DNA from: Monocercomonoides exilis PA203 | Lineage: Eukaryota > Protista > Preaxostyla | DNA: 64,000 bases | Reading direction: 5' to 3' | Assembly (NCBI GenBank): GCA_001643675.2 | Contig: LSRY02000007.1 | Location: 372,001-436,000, forward strand | Part shown: piece by piece, positions 22,501 through 34,372 of the stretch | Layout of the letters: every line of letters starts with the position of its first letter | Position numbering within the stretch: the stretch's first letter is position 1 | The notes under the pieces: generated by a model | What the model was told of the DNA's origin: nothing | Database searches by the model: none | Seen by the model: only the letters and a program-made list of their open reading frames with translations | Program-made: the position numbers and the translations under genes

Positions 22501-25500
22501 GCGTGCAACACACAGGCAAAAAGGATCGTCGCTGCGGCCGACGTTTATTTTGGCTTCTGATCTGTCTGCGCTGCATCACCTGGTGCGGCAGTGGATGTTC
22601 CCATCAGTTGTCTTCTGGTTCGACAACTTCCACATGATGAGGATGATCGAGACAGGCAGCTACAAAATTCCAGAGGACGAGCTTGTTTTCAGAAGGGAGG
22701 CGAAGATTGCGCAGTGCAAGCGAATAAACGAGAATGCTACGCTGCACTGGATAAATGAGCTTTTCAGAGAATTCAAAGAAAAGAAGGAGCTCGAACAGAG
22801 CAGGAAAAGAAGAAAACTACGACTTACAAAATGCAATGGATCAAAGGCAACAAACGAAGGCCAGCAAATCCAGAGCAATTTACTTCTTTCTTCAGCTGCT
22901 CAAACAGAGCAGGATAATTTCGATCATCTGGCAGATGCTTATTCTCAGTGCAATTTCTCAGAAGAATCAACTGTGCTTTTCCCAGCGCTTCCGACTTATC
23001 GCGATTTGAACATTGTTTCAGAAACAATCCTCAAAGATGCCAGAAGCTACATCGACTGCCTTTTCAATCTCTCTGGCTCTCTCAAAACAAACATTCATCT
23101 TCCTCTTTTTGCCAATGCAGTCATCGCTGGATTCAAACACATGCGCCGCCTTGCTGGGTGGATGCAGCATAAGCAAAAGGAGAATGAACAGCTTCTGAAG
23201 CAGAACATGGTTCATGATTCAGATATGGTTGAAGACAAAGAATCTGATATTGCAGAGGAAGAAGGAGCAGAAAGCGAAAAAGAACAGAATTCAAAGCAAT
23301 CCGATAAAACATTGCAAAATTCTCGTCTTTTTGAGTCTCTGTCATCATTCGATGAAACAGACCTCATCCCCGCCCTACCTATCGTCTGCAAGCCTTCAGC
23401 AGATGTGCACAACACGATATTCACTTTCCCGCTATCTGCGACGCAGCTGTCTACATCTCAATGCACTGTGCTCGAAAATTCGCCATTCGACGATTATGCT
23501 CATGCAAACAGAAAAGACTTGACACAAGAATTTGTAGAATGGGAGAAGCAGAAAAAAGAAGCAGAGTCTGATGAAAAAACAAGAATGGATACTTCAGATG
23601 AAAGCGAAGCAAGCAGCAGACTTCTGCTTCATCCGCCATTTTATCAGGCAGAAACTTTGATTGAAAGCCCAAATGAGAAGTTTTGCGAATTATTCCAAAG
23701 AGCAAGGGAAGATTATGCAATCAAACACATACACGACATCCTGCGAGGTCCGCAGCTTGTCAGCAGCAATTCGTCATCTACACTCTGCAGTCGCGTGCCT
23801 TCGCTTTTCTTGTCTCCCGTTCGCAGCATTTCTCAGCTTCCGCCGATCCACCCGTCTCTCTCGTTCATCATCCACACCATCGCCCTGATAGCGTCCACTT
23901 CTGACAGTTACGCGTCTATCCGGATGACCTCGTCGCAGGAGTTCCAGGACAACCACGTGAGTGCGTGGCGGGGGCAGTTCTTCAAACTCTGCGAGAGATT
24001 AGGGAAACTGCTCTGTATGTGCGCCATTTACCAATACCCCGACAGGCAATGCCTCGAAAACCTGTCGGATTCAGAGGGAATTCACATGAGGCTGCTTGAC
24101 GAAGATACAAAAACAGATGATAAGCTTGCGAATCAACAAACTTTCACCGAAACAACAAGCACAGAAATTAGCAAAAGACTTTCTCATCCTTCATTTCCTC
24201 TTTTTGTTCCAAACACAACTGAATCCATTGCTTATGTGCATTCAACAAACATTGCCTTGCTTCTGTCATTTTTCTTGCAGTTTCTGATATCTCGCGATCT
24301 TTCTCCCTCGCCTTCAACTGCGCTTCTGCCATTCCGACCGTTTTGGCTAACAGCAGAAGGATACTCTGCCTCAAACGCAAATGACTCTCAATCCTTTGTG
24401 AAGTCTTTAACACCTTTTGATTGCGTTTCTGCTCCTCTTTTGGCGAATCCTTCTCTTTCAGACATTCCTTTGTCTCTGATGAATTTTATATCGGACGACG
24501 CAAAGAAAACCGTAAGCACAGCGTTTGATGCCATTTTACGGCTTTTGAGCGTTTCATTCGATAACTGTGAAAGTCTTCTTGAGAGTCTTTTCAAAGAGGC
24601 AATGAAGTTGGATGATGAAGGAACGCCACTTCCTTTCTCAGAAGAGCAATTGATGGCATCTTCTTCAACAGAAACAGCAGAAAGCGAAGAGTCGCCGTTC
24701 AAAGATATGCACATTCACACACACGTGGAGCATCTGAATGCCTTTTTGAATAGCATTCTGATGAGACAAATGCACTTTGATCACCCAGTGACGACTGTCT
24801 CTCCGCTCTCACGCTCAGTCGGCGCAGCTGTGCTTGCACTCATCACAACAACGCCAGTTATCAGGAGAGAGCCAACAAGAGAAAGATCGGTTGAGCTCTT
24901 CAGGAACTGCACAATTGATGAGCAACAAAGCCAATTCGGAACAAGCTCAGACGGAAAAGCTCCGATTGTTTCCTATCGCCTCCTCTGCCGCACGTTGAAC
25001 ACGACATCTCCTTCGCTTTCTTCGCTGATCAACCATCCCGCTGGGCTTTTCTTGTGCCAGCGGGCGCTGCTGATACAGATGGCGTCCGCACAATACCACA
25101 GCGGAATGTGGAAGAGGAGCGACAACAGCTTCTTCAGCCATTTGCTGATTTTCCAACATGTTTCGCAGTGGAATTATTGCGTCGAAGGAGATTTGCTTGC
25201 GCTGCAGTCAACTGTCTCAGCTATCGGATGGACCGCCTTCTTCTCCTTTGCCTTGTCTGTCTTTCAGCTTGACTGCTTTTTTGTTACTCCGTGGCTTCTG
25301 CACGAAAGCGACAAAAAGGCTGAACACGAATCTCAAGTTAATACTTCTCAGAACTCTTCTGCTTCCTTGTCATTGGAGCAGTCAGCATCTTCTTCTTCGT
25401 CGTCTGTTCCGTTCTCTGGATGCTTGTCGTCGTCATCATCTGATGAATCTTCAAAGGACGGTCTTATCAGCAAATTAATGATATCAGCGCATTCAGCAGG

Positions 25501-28500
25501 AATTCAGCTACCAATTCAGGTGCAAGAAAACGGAAGCGTTCAAGTTTCGTCTTCATTGCCATCCGATGCTTCACAGGAGAATGCTGCTTATGGAAAGATT
25601 GAGAGAATTGGGGTTATGTGGAACCTGGAAAACACAGAGATTATAACATACATAATGTCATTCTTAAGCATGTTGGTGTCAATTGTTGTTGATCGCTCCA
25701 GCTGCTTTTATCCAGTCACACAATTTGAAGAAAAAGAATTGTGGGGAAATGAGAAGGACGATTTGTTCGAAAAGCTGGAAGAGGCAGAAGAGGAAGAAAG
25801 AATGTTGGATTCAGATATGAGCGAATTAGAGGGAAATGACGATGAGAACGAAAAATCACATCAAATGATGGAAAGCGGGGCAATGAGCGAAATCGAAAAG
25901 GATAACAGAAAACACAACACACCTGAACATATTACTTGCACAAACAAAATGGTTAAGAATTGTCTTTCATCAACAGCATCATCTGCAATTCATCAAATAC
26001 AATCTGGAATTGAAGAAATATCTGCCGCAGCATCCCACATTGAAGATTCCTTTGGCTCGTCTCGACACTTTCCTGATCACTTTGGCCGCAGCCTTTCTCT
26101 GTTTTTGACTCAGGAACATTTCTTCAACAAGCAGATTATGCTGCTGAAGACCTCTGAATGCTCAACCAGCTACACATCATACAACATCGCATCGATGATT
26201 GCGTCTGTGTGCGTGCTGCATCCGATGACATATTCAGAGATCCAAGACTCGTTTCCAGACATCGTCACGAACCATCCGCACTTCGAGAGCATTCGCAAAG
26301 ACATTTTGGAGTATCGCACAGAAGATGTCAACGGTGTTGGCAGAACAGCAGCTAGCGGCCCTCTTAAACTGAGAGTGAAGCAGAACCGATACAACTTGAT
26401 TGAGCCGTATGAACTGAAGGCAAAGCTGACTGAGAGGAATGAACTGATGGAGCTCTTGAAGACAACATATATGATGGTTGAGAGAAAGGCAAAGAAGAAG
26501 TACCCAGTCTACACAAAGAGCATCGTCAACATCGACTCACAAACTCGTGAAGTCATTCCCGAATACCAGCCATCATCTCATTCAGCATCAGCATCTGCAT
26601 CTGGATCAGCTTCATCAATATCATCCACTCAATCTTCTCCAAGTTATTCTCTTCTGTCCACACTTCCTTCCTCGTTCTGCCCTCCAATGTTGCCCGAAGT
26701 ACCCGGAGCTCCGTATGTGAGGCAGCCTCATCCGGCTTTTGCGCATCTGCTGGATGTCTGCACATCACGTGCTGTGCTCGGAATGATCTGGTTTGTCCTC
26801 CACGCAACTATCCACAAGAAAGCTGAAGTCAACCGCCATCTTTTGTATTTGGAGCAGCACAAGAACAAGAAAACAGAAGAAAAAGAAACAACATCTGTGC
26901 TGTCGAGTGTCAAGTCGATGTTTCATTCGCTGTTTTCATTTTTGACTCCTGCTGCGAAGGAGCCAGCAACTCAGCCTCTTTTGGTTGCACCGAATGCGTC
27001 AATTGAATCGAAATCGTCTGCTTTATCTTCAACTGACTCTTCAATTGATTCTCCACAGAAATCAGATTCAACAGAAGTGGTAGCAGAAGAACCTGCCACA
27101 AACGAAGTTGCACACAAAAATCTCCTTTTTGACTTTGATCCGATTGATTACTCACAGCACTCAACAGAAGATCTTCTTGTGGCTGTTCTCCGCCTGCTCG
27201 ATGCAACTATTTGCTCCAGCTCCGCCTGGAAGATCGAAGAGCGCACGAACAAGTACGAAATAACAGACACCGAGAAAGAGAAGACAGAAGAAGCGGTCTG
27301 CCACGAAAAAAGCAGATTTCTCGTTCAGCAGCCAGAGCTCAGCAGTGATATGATCCATCCTCTTTCGCTTCCATGTGATGCAAATGCGAGTTTTATTGAT
27401 GCTTTGTTCACACAATTTGAATGCGGCTGCGCAGAATTGGAGAGCCATTCGGAAGACAAGAAAGATACAAAAACAGCTTCAGATGCATCTTCACCTGACT
27501 CAATTGCAACTTCGTCGTCATCGCCATCAGAAGCATCTGAATCAAAAACAACAACAACAGATTCTTCTTCTTCATCTTCTTCCTCCTCTTCATCTTCTTC
27601 CACATCTTCAGAATTTGAGAGTGTCTCGATGGTTAATGACAACCATAGTATTGCATCAATGCTGTTCTTCATTCTGTCTGGAACATCTCAATTTACTGAA
27701 GCACAATCAGCCAAATCTTCTGCTTCAAGCAACTCTTCTTCTTCTTCTTCTTCCTCTTCCTCTTCCTCGCCTTCTTCTTCGGATGATTCCTTGTTCTCGT
27801 TTTCTTCTCATGTGATTGTTCCGCTTCTGTCCCGAATTCTGCAAAGACTTCGCTTTGTTTCGTGGTTCTACTATGCCGACGATGCCAGAAAGAGAGAGAG
27901 AATGCTCAATCAAATTGGAGTGTCGTTTGTGGACGAAGAAGAGAGGAAGCGAGAGGAAGAGAAGAGAAAAGCAGAGGAAGAGCAGAGAGCGCAGGAAGAG
28001 GAGCAGAGAAGGCAAAAGAGAAGACGGGATGCGATGGAGGCGAGAAAGAGAATTATGGAAGAGGCCAAAATGAGGCAAGAAAAGGCGCTTGCTTCATTCA
28101 AAATGGAAGAGCAGGAAAAGACGAAGGACAAACAAAGCACAACACCCCAGTCTTCTTTCATAAGCTTTGAATCTCTCTTGGAAGATGCCTCGAACAATAA
28201 AAGCAACGAAAATGCTCCGAAAACGAAGCTGATGATGGAAATGATGGAATTAGCATCTTTAGACGAAGATATAAGCAATCTTATTGAGCAAATGCACGAA
28301 ATGGAGGCAAAAGAAGAGACATCACACATTTGCATTCACTGCCATGATCCCATTTTGAAAGGGGAATCAGCAGGGTTTGTGGCAAATGTGAACTACTCTT
28401 CAAATCTGCAGGCGCTGAACTCGTCTGCGGTGCATCATCTTAGGGCAGAGGAAGAAGAGCAGGAGGAGAGGAGGAGAAAGCTGAAAAGATGGAGAAGGAG

Positions 28501-31500
28501 AGAAAGAGAGAAAGCCAATGAACTTAAGGAAAAAGAGAATGAATGCAGCTGTGAACATTCAGAAGAAGAAAGCTCAGAGGGTCGAAAAAGGACAAAGAAA
28601 GGAGCGAAAAGATTGCGTTTGAAGCAGATTCCAGGAAGAGAGATGTACTGGGAAGATGCCATAACCATTGATCAGAAGCAGCAGAATTGGATGAGCAAGA
28701 TGAAGAACAAGGAGTTTACCACACTTTCTGCCGAGTTTAGAAAGCAGAAAACAAAACAAAAACTTGTCAATGATTCTGAATTGGACAACACAACACAAAC
28801 AGAAACACAGCCAAAATCAGCATCAGAGGAGCTAACAGTTGAAAGTGCAAGCAACTTTTGTGAAGAAGAATCGAAGCAAACAAATTATTCGCTGGGAAAC
28901 CCGCCTTTGCTGTATGACTGCTCATCCAAAAAATTCAGCACCATTTTTGACAGGCTGCCTTTTGGATGGCGCAAGGAAAAAGGCAACTACATTCCCTTTG
29001 GCTTTGTCACACAGTCGAATAAGCACGAAACTTTCTTCAAGCGCTCGCTCGATAAGCTGAAGTACGACCACAACGAAATGGGTGCTGAAAGGGCAGCTGG
29101 AATGGTCACGCTCACACGCAGGCGAAAGGAGGAGAATCTGACAGATGAGATTGCTGTGTGGGAGCAGAACTCGGATGAAGTCGATGAAGGAAAGGGAGCT
29201 TATGACTCAGAAGACGAAGAGGAGAAGGAAGAAGAAGAAGAAGATGATGATGAATCCAACTCTTCATTGTCAAATTCTGATTCAAACTATCCATTTGTGG
29301 AAGGGAATAAACAAAGCAAAGAGAAAAAAGACAAGAAGATGAAATCAGACGATCCGAAACCAGAACTTCTTATTTTAAGAAGGCGACTGCCTCTTCTCCC
29401 TGAGCCAGAAGGAATGCTGCGTCCTCGACGAGTTGGACACGCTGAACTGAAGAGAATACAACGGAAGCAGAAGAGGTTGGAGCGGAGAATGCAGAAATAT
29501 GGCCATTGCACCGTTTCTGAACCATGCGATATTTCTGTTTCTGACAATCATAACACAACAATGCAATCTGGAACAGAAGCGTTGAAGTTGTCAGCAAAGA
29601 GACATTCGGAGTCAAAAAGCAATTCGATGCGAAACACAATCAAAGTCGGAACAACCACTGATTTGTGGGGAAATGTGGGGAACGGAGAAACTAGTGTCAT
29701 TGAAGATGGATGCTATCGGCATCCACATACATCAGGAGTTGTTTTGCCGTTTTCTCACGAAGGCGACGAAATTTGCTATCAGTGCGTTAAAAACATTAAA
29801 GAAGCTTCTGACCCATTGAATTCAAGCGATCCGTCTTTCGTCCAATCGTCTTTGACACCTTCAGTGACAGACGCCGCAACAAACCCGGCGTTTGTCAAGA
29901 GGACCTTTTATGTGCAGTCATGTGGACATCCTATTCATGTCTCCTGTTTTGTCTCGCTGTTGACTCAAGGGCACTTCGCCTCAGACAATCTACTGGACCA
30001 GCTGAGCATGGAATTCCAGTGCCCCTTGTGCAAAAAAGTGGGCAACACGCTTCTGCCAATGCTCGGCTCGATGCTGCACAATCCTCATGGAGCAGATGGC
30101 TTTGATGAGCTTGAAGATGATTCTGATGAGGCTCTTGATGAAGACTTGGATTTAATGGAAATTGACTTTGCGAATGAGAAATCGTCCAAAGGAGCAAAAG
30201 CGGATGATCAGAGAAAAGGAATTTTGGCAATTAAAAGAAAGATTAGATCACTTATTCGGAAAAGACAAGGGATACTTGATGTTTTGAATCAAGCTATCAA
30301 AACAGCAGAAACAGAAAATAAACCAGAAGAACAAGAGTTCAACAATATTGAAAGAATCAAAAAAGCCGTGTCTGCTTCTGTTGCACGGAAAGATATTCAG
30401 CGCATCGCTGAATTGATTCAATCACATTCTCAAAAACAGCACAAGAAAGAAGACTGGGTCAGTCCTTTTGTTTGTCTTTCTTCACTTGCTCCTTGCAAAC
30501 AGTCTGCTTCTCCTTCTAGCCAGAATTCTCTGACGAGCGACACAACCATTTCTTCCTATGACTTTCCAAATGAACTTTTGCGCAACTCAATTGAAAAGGA
30601 TATTGACCTGTTTTTGCACAACGCCTTGCGTCTTGCTGATGTCGTGCTGTGCATACCACTCAGTCACTTCCAGTTGAGCACATCAAAAGTGAAAGGGAAC
30701 AAAAATGCAACTGAAAAGAAGCAGAAACTGAAGGATATGTTGCAGGCGCATGTGCAGTCTGGAAAAGTTATCACTGCACTGAAGAACAATCAACTGGGGT
30801 ACATCGTTCGATTGGCTCAAATTTTGATTTGTCAAGAAGAAAATGTGAAAGCGCTAAGTAAAAATGATGAAACTCTGTTGGAACAGGATTCGAGCTTACG
30901 CAGAATAGAAGATGAGAGCGAGTTTGCAGTTGAACGGAGGATGACAGAATCGAATCTCCAATACACAAACTCAATACAAAATATTGAGCATCCAATCAAA
31001 CGGCTTCATTTGAATTTATCGTTCTTCCAAAACAGAGATCAGATCACTAAATGGATCGGCATTCCTTCAAGCTCGTCTTTTATGTCTGCAATTCGGAAAA
31101 TATTTGCTGATGGATACAACTGTTTCACTCTTGCTCTTTTAATGGACGAGATGAAAAAAGCTGAGAAAGAAAACGAGAAAGAAGAATCCTCAAAAACACA
31201 GGAAAAAGATGAGGCAAAGCAGAAACACAATAAAGAGCTTGCTTTACAACTTGATCGCTTATCCAAGAAAATCGCTGCTCGTCAGTGTTACAACTCGCAC
31301 GAGGTTCCTGCCAAAGAAAATGATGAATGTCGCACAAATTATTCGCAGCATGCATTTTTGACAACTCGATTGTTGTCTGTCAACAGACCAGGTGACACAG
31401 CACTTGTGCAAAATAGTTCTGAAAGCTCTGAGTGTTCACTACCAAAAGAGATGGATCAACTGAATAGCGTTTCATTTTCTCATCGCCTGCTCTTTTCTTC

Positions 31501-34046
31501 GAATCCACTTGTCGATTCTTTGATCCACACGATGGCTTATATCGAGTGGGGACTGCGCCCGCTGCCTCTTCCTGGGCGCGAGTGCTGGGAGGTGATTCTG
31601 CAAAAGCAGTGCTCCAAGCAAAAAGAGCAATCATCTTCTCCTGAAGCAACATCACAGCTGGCACAGCCTTCCAATCCACACGAACAATCTTTGCTGCATC
31701 CACCACAAACTTCCCAATCTCATGATAATCTCTCTGCTGTTGAGCTTTTCGCTTTTCAGCCTGATCAAGCAATTCCATGTGCAACTCGTGCATTCACTCT
31801 CACTTCCCCTCAAAAGTTGGTTATCAACACTCTCTTCCACAGTTTTCTCATCACTCTGTTTGGCCAAGCTGAGAGCAAAGAATTTGACTGGAGCGGAACA
31901 GTTGGCATGCAGTCGCACGTCGGCCATCGTGCCCGTCTGGCTGAGTTCATCAAATCTGGTGTGCTGGATATGCAGACGGAGTCGATAAAGGCGCTTGTTG
32001 ACGGGTCTGACGAAGTGTTTGACATGCTGTTTTGCCCACAGCTGCTGATGACAGAAGCACAAGACGAAGCAAAGAATGAACTTGATAACAGTGACAGAGA
32101 TGATAAAGAAAGCCAAAAATCAACCGAGATGCCATTTACTGAAAAGTTCTTCTCAACACCCGCAATTGATTCAGTTTCAGAGGGAATTCAAAGAGAAATC
32201 AATACAATGCGATTGATGTCCACACTTGTCCAAAAAACAGCCGAGAAGGAATTGAACGAACGCTTTTGCAGCAAAATGACAAACTCCTCTGAAAATGCCA
32301 ACATATTTGCAGACATTGGAAGGTCAATAGGGATACAAGGAAACAGTTTAAGATCTGCAATAGTTTCTGCTGCTTCGTTTGTGGGAAGCGATCTGACATC
32401 TCTTTTTATGTATCTTCTTGGCCTTGCGGTTGTCAAGCCTTCCATTCCTCTCTTTCAAAGCTGCTCTTTTGCTGAATCGTATCAGAAATCATCTTTCTCC
32501 GCTTCTTCGTCTTTGACATGGCCATTCAACCCACTCACGCCTTGTGTGTTCTTCGACTGCCTCAAAATTGTGCTTGGCCTTCTTCCTTTTGCATCTCTTG
32601 ATGAATCTTCACAAAATCATTATTCATTTGCAGACTATCAGTCAATCATGATGGAGTGGTTTGATGTCCATCCTTCAATTCCATTTGCTGTGTCATCGTG
32701 GTTCGACCCCAGAAATGTGGCTTTTGAAAGAATGACGTTCCTCAGACGTGCATATTTATTGTTCATTTCGATATTCCACGACTACTCAGATTCTTCTTCT
32801 TCTTCCTCCTCCTCTTCTGCTTCTGCTTCATCCAACTTCTCTTCATCTTCAGACTCTTCGAACATCACAGACTCCTCTTCATGCCCGTCTCTTTCACTTT
32901 CTCTCTTTGAATTCATGGATCAGTTCAGCAAACACATAACAACTCCACTTCATCAGCCTGCATCGTCTTCTTCTCCGTCTTCGTTCTCTCCATTCACCAC
33001 CAGTTCCTCACTTGCCTCTTCCCTCTCTTCATCCACAACAGAACTGTCGCCTTTTGAGCTTCAGCAGCTGCTGGACTCTGAATTTTATGTTTCACAAATA
33101 GAAGCAATGACGGTCTATCCAACGCCCACAGAAAAGCAGTTCTATTTCTTTTTCGAGACTTCGGCTAAGATTTCGACGCAGTCTTCTTCCCTTCTGCTTT
33201 CATCATCATCATCATCATCATCAAATACAATTGGCTCTGTTGTTCCTCTGGAATCATCATCTACATCAATTACTCCGTTGCCTCCACAACAACCGTCCAT
33301 TACAATCCCCTCTAATTCTCTCTCTCTTTGCCCGCCCTCTCTCCTTCTCCCTCGCCTTTTGGCGCTTCCCTTTTCCTTCTTCCCCATCCGCTCCTTCGGC
33401 CAAGGTGCCGTCTGTCTGAAGTGCCGCAAGACTTCTCCTGTTCTCGGCATCTGCACCGTCTGCGGCTGCCTCGTCTGCGCTTCTGAAGACTGCTGCTCAG
33501 ACACTGTTTTGTATGTGAAGACAGATGGAGAGGCACAGTATGCAATGACAGGGCTGTACGTGAGAGAAGAAATTGCCCACGCGTCGCAGTGCTCGGGGCT
33601 GGTGTTCCTGATTAACTCGAGCTTTTTGGCTTCGACGAAGATTTCAAGAGGCATCGTGAGAACTTCAAGACAGTGTGCTTATTATTTTTGATTTGACATT
33701 ATTTTATTGTAACAAATTTTATTTTCTATCACAATTTTTAAAATTTGATTATAACTGTAAATTATACTTTTGATAACCTACATGAATCAAATGTTAACAA
33801 TTCGCAACAAATTCATAAGATTTGGCCTTTATGTGGATGAACATGGTGAAGAGGATCTTGGATGGGACAGAGGAAAGCCACTTTTCCTTTCTTTGGAGAG
33901 GTTTGCAACATTTTTTGATTCAAAAAAGGATAACATAAATTATGTTTTTGAATAACTTTGTTTTATATAAACAATCTTTTTCCTCTTTCAGATATTGTAG
34001 AATGATGCAAATCCTTTGTGAGCATCCGCTTTCTCTATCGAAGTAG
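19552..34046 (+). CDS. UBR1/UBR2/UBR3-family RING E3 ubiquitin ligase, ~4,689 aa; introns 19631-19696, 19904-19956, 20025-20092, 33673-33819, 33901-33991
   Basis: Spliced UBR box CSVVLKEGQKAYKCQTCGIEPSACICEACF..HVGHNY..GACDCG..W..WCSRH; SGMWKRS; split RING CIHC...SCGHPIHVSC..EFQCPLCKKVGNTLLP; C-terminal CLKC..ICTVCG..CC..HASQC and LYVDEHGEEDLGWDRGKPLFLSLERY. Exon total 14,070 nt is in frame. Confidence 0.9.
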
Positions 34047-34372
34047 TTTTCATTCAGTTATTCAGATTGTTTTTGTTTTGATTATTTTCTTATTTAAAGC
34101 ATCAAAATTATATATTCCCCCTACGTTTCCAATTTAAAAATAACAATTAGAAAAAAATTTGGCAAATTCCAAATTTGTATAAAAATTTTTGAAACATTTC
34201 TACACCTGGATAAACTATTTAAAATGGAAAATTACAAAAGTTGATATTTTGTTATTGCTTATATTAATCACTTTATTCTTTCAGTATTTCCAAATTTTTC
34301 TTTTTTCGGTAATTATGAAAATTTGATCTTATGATATAATTACTTCCAAAAATTATTAGAATTTGTTGAACC

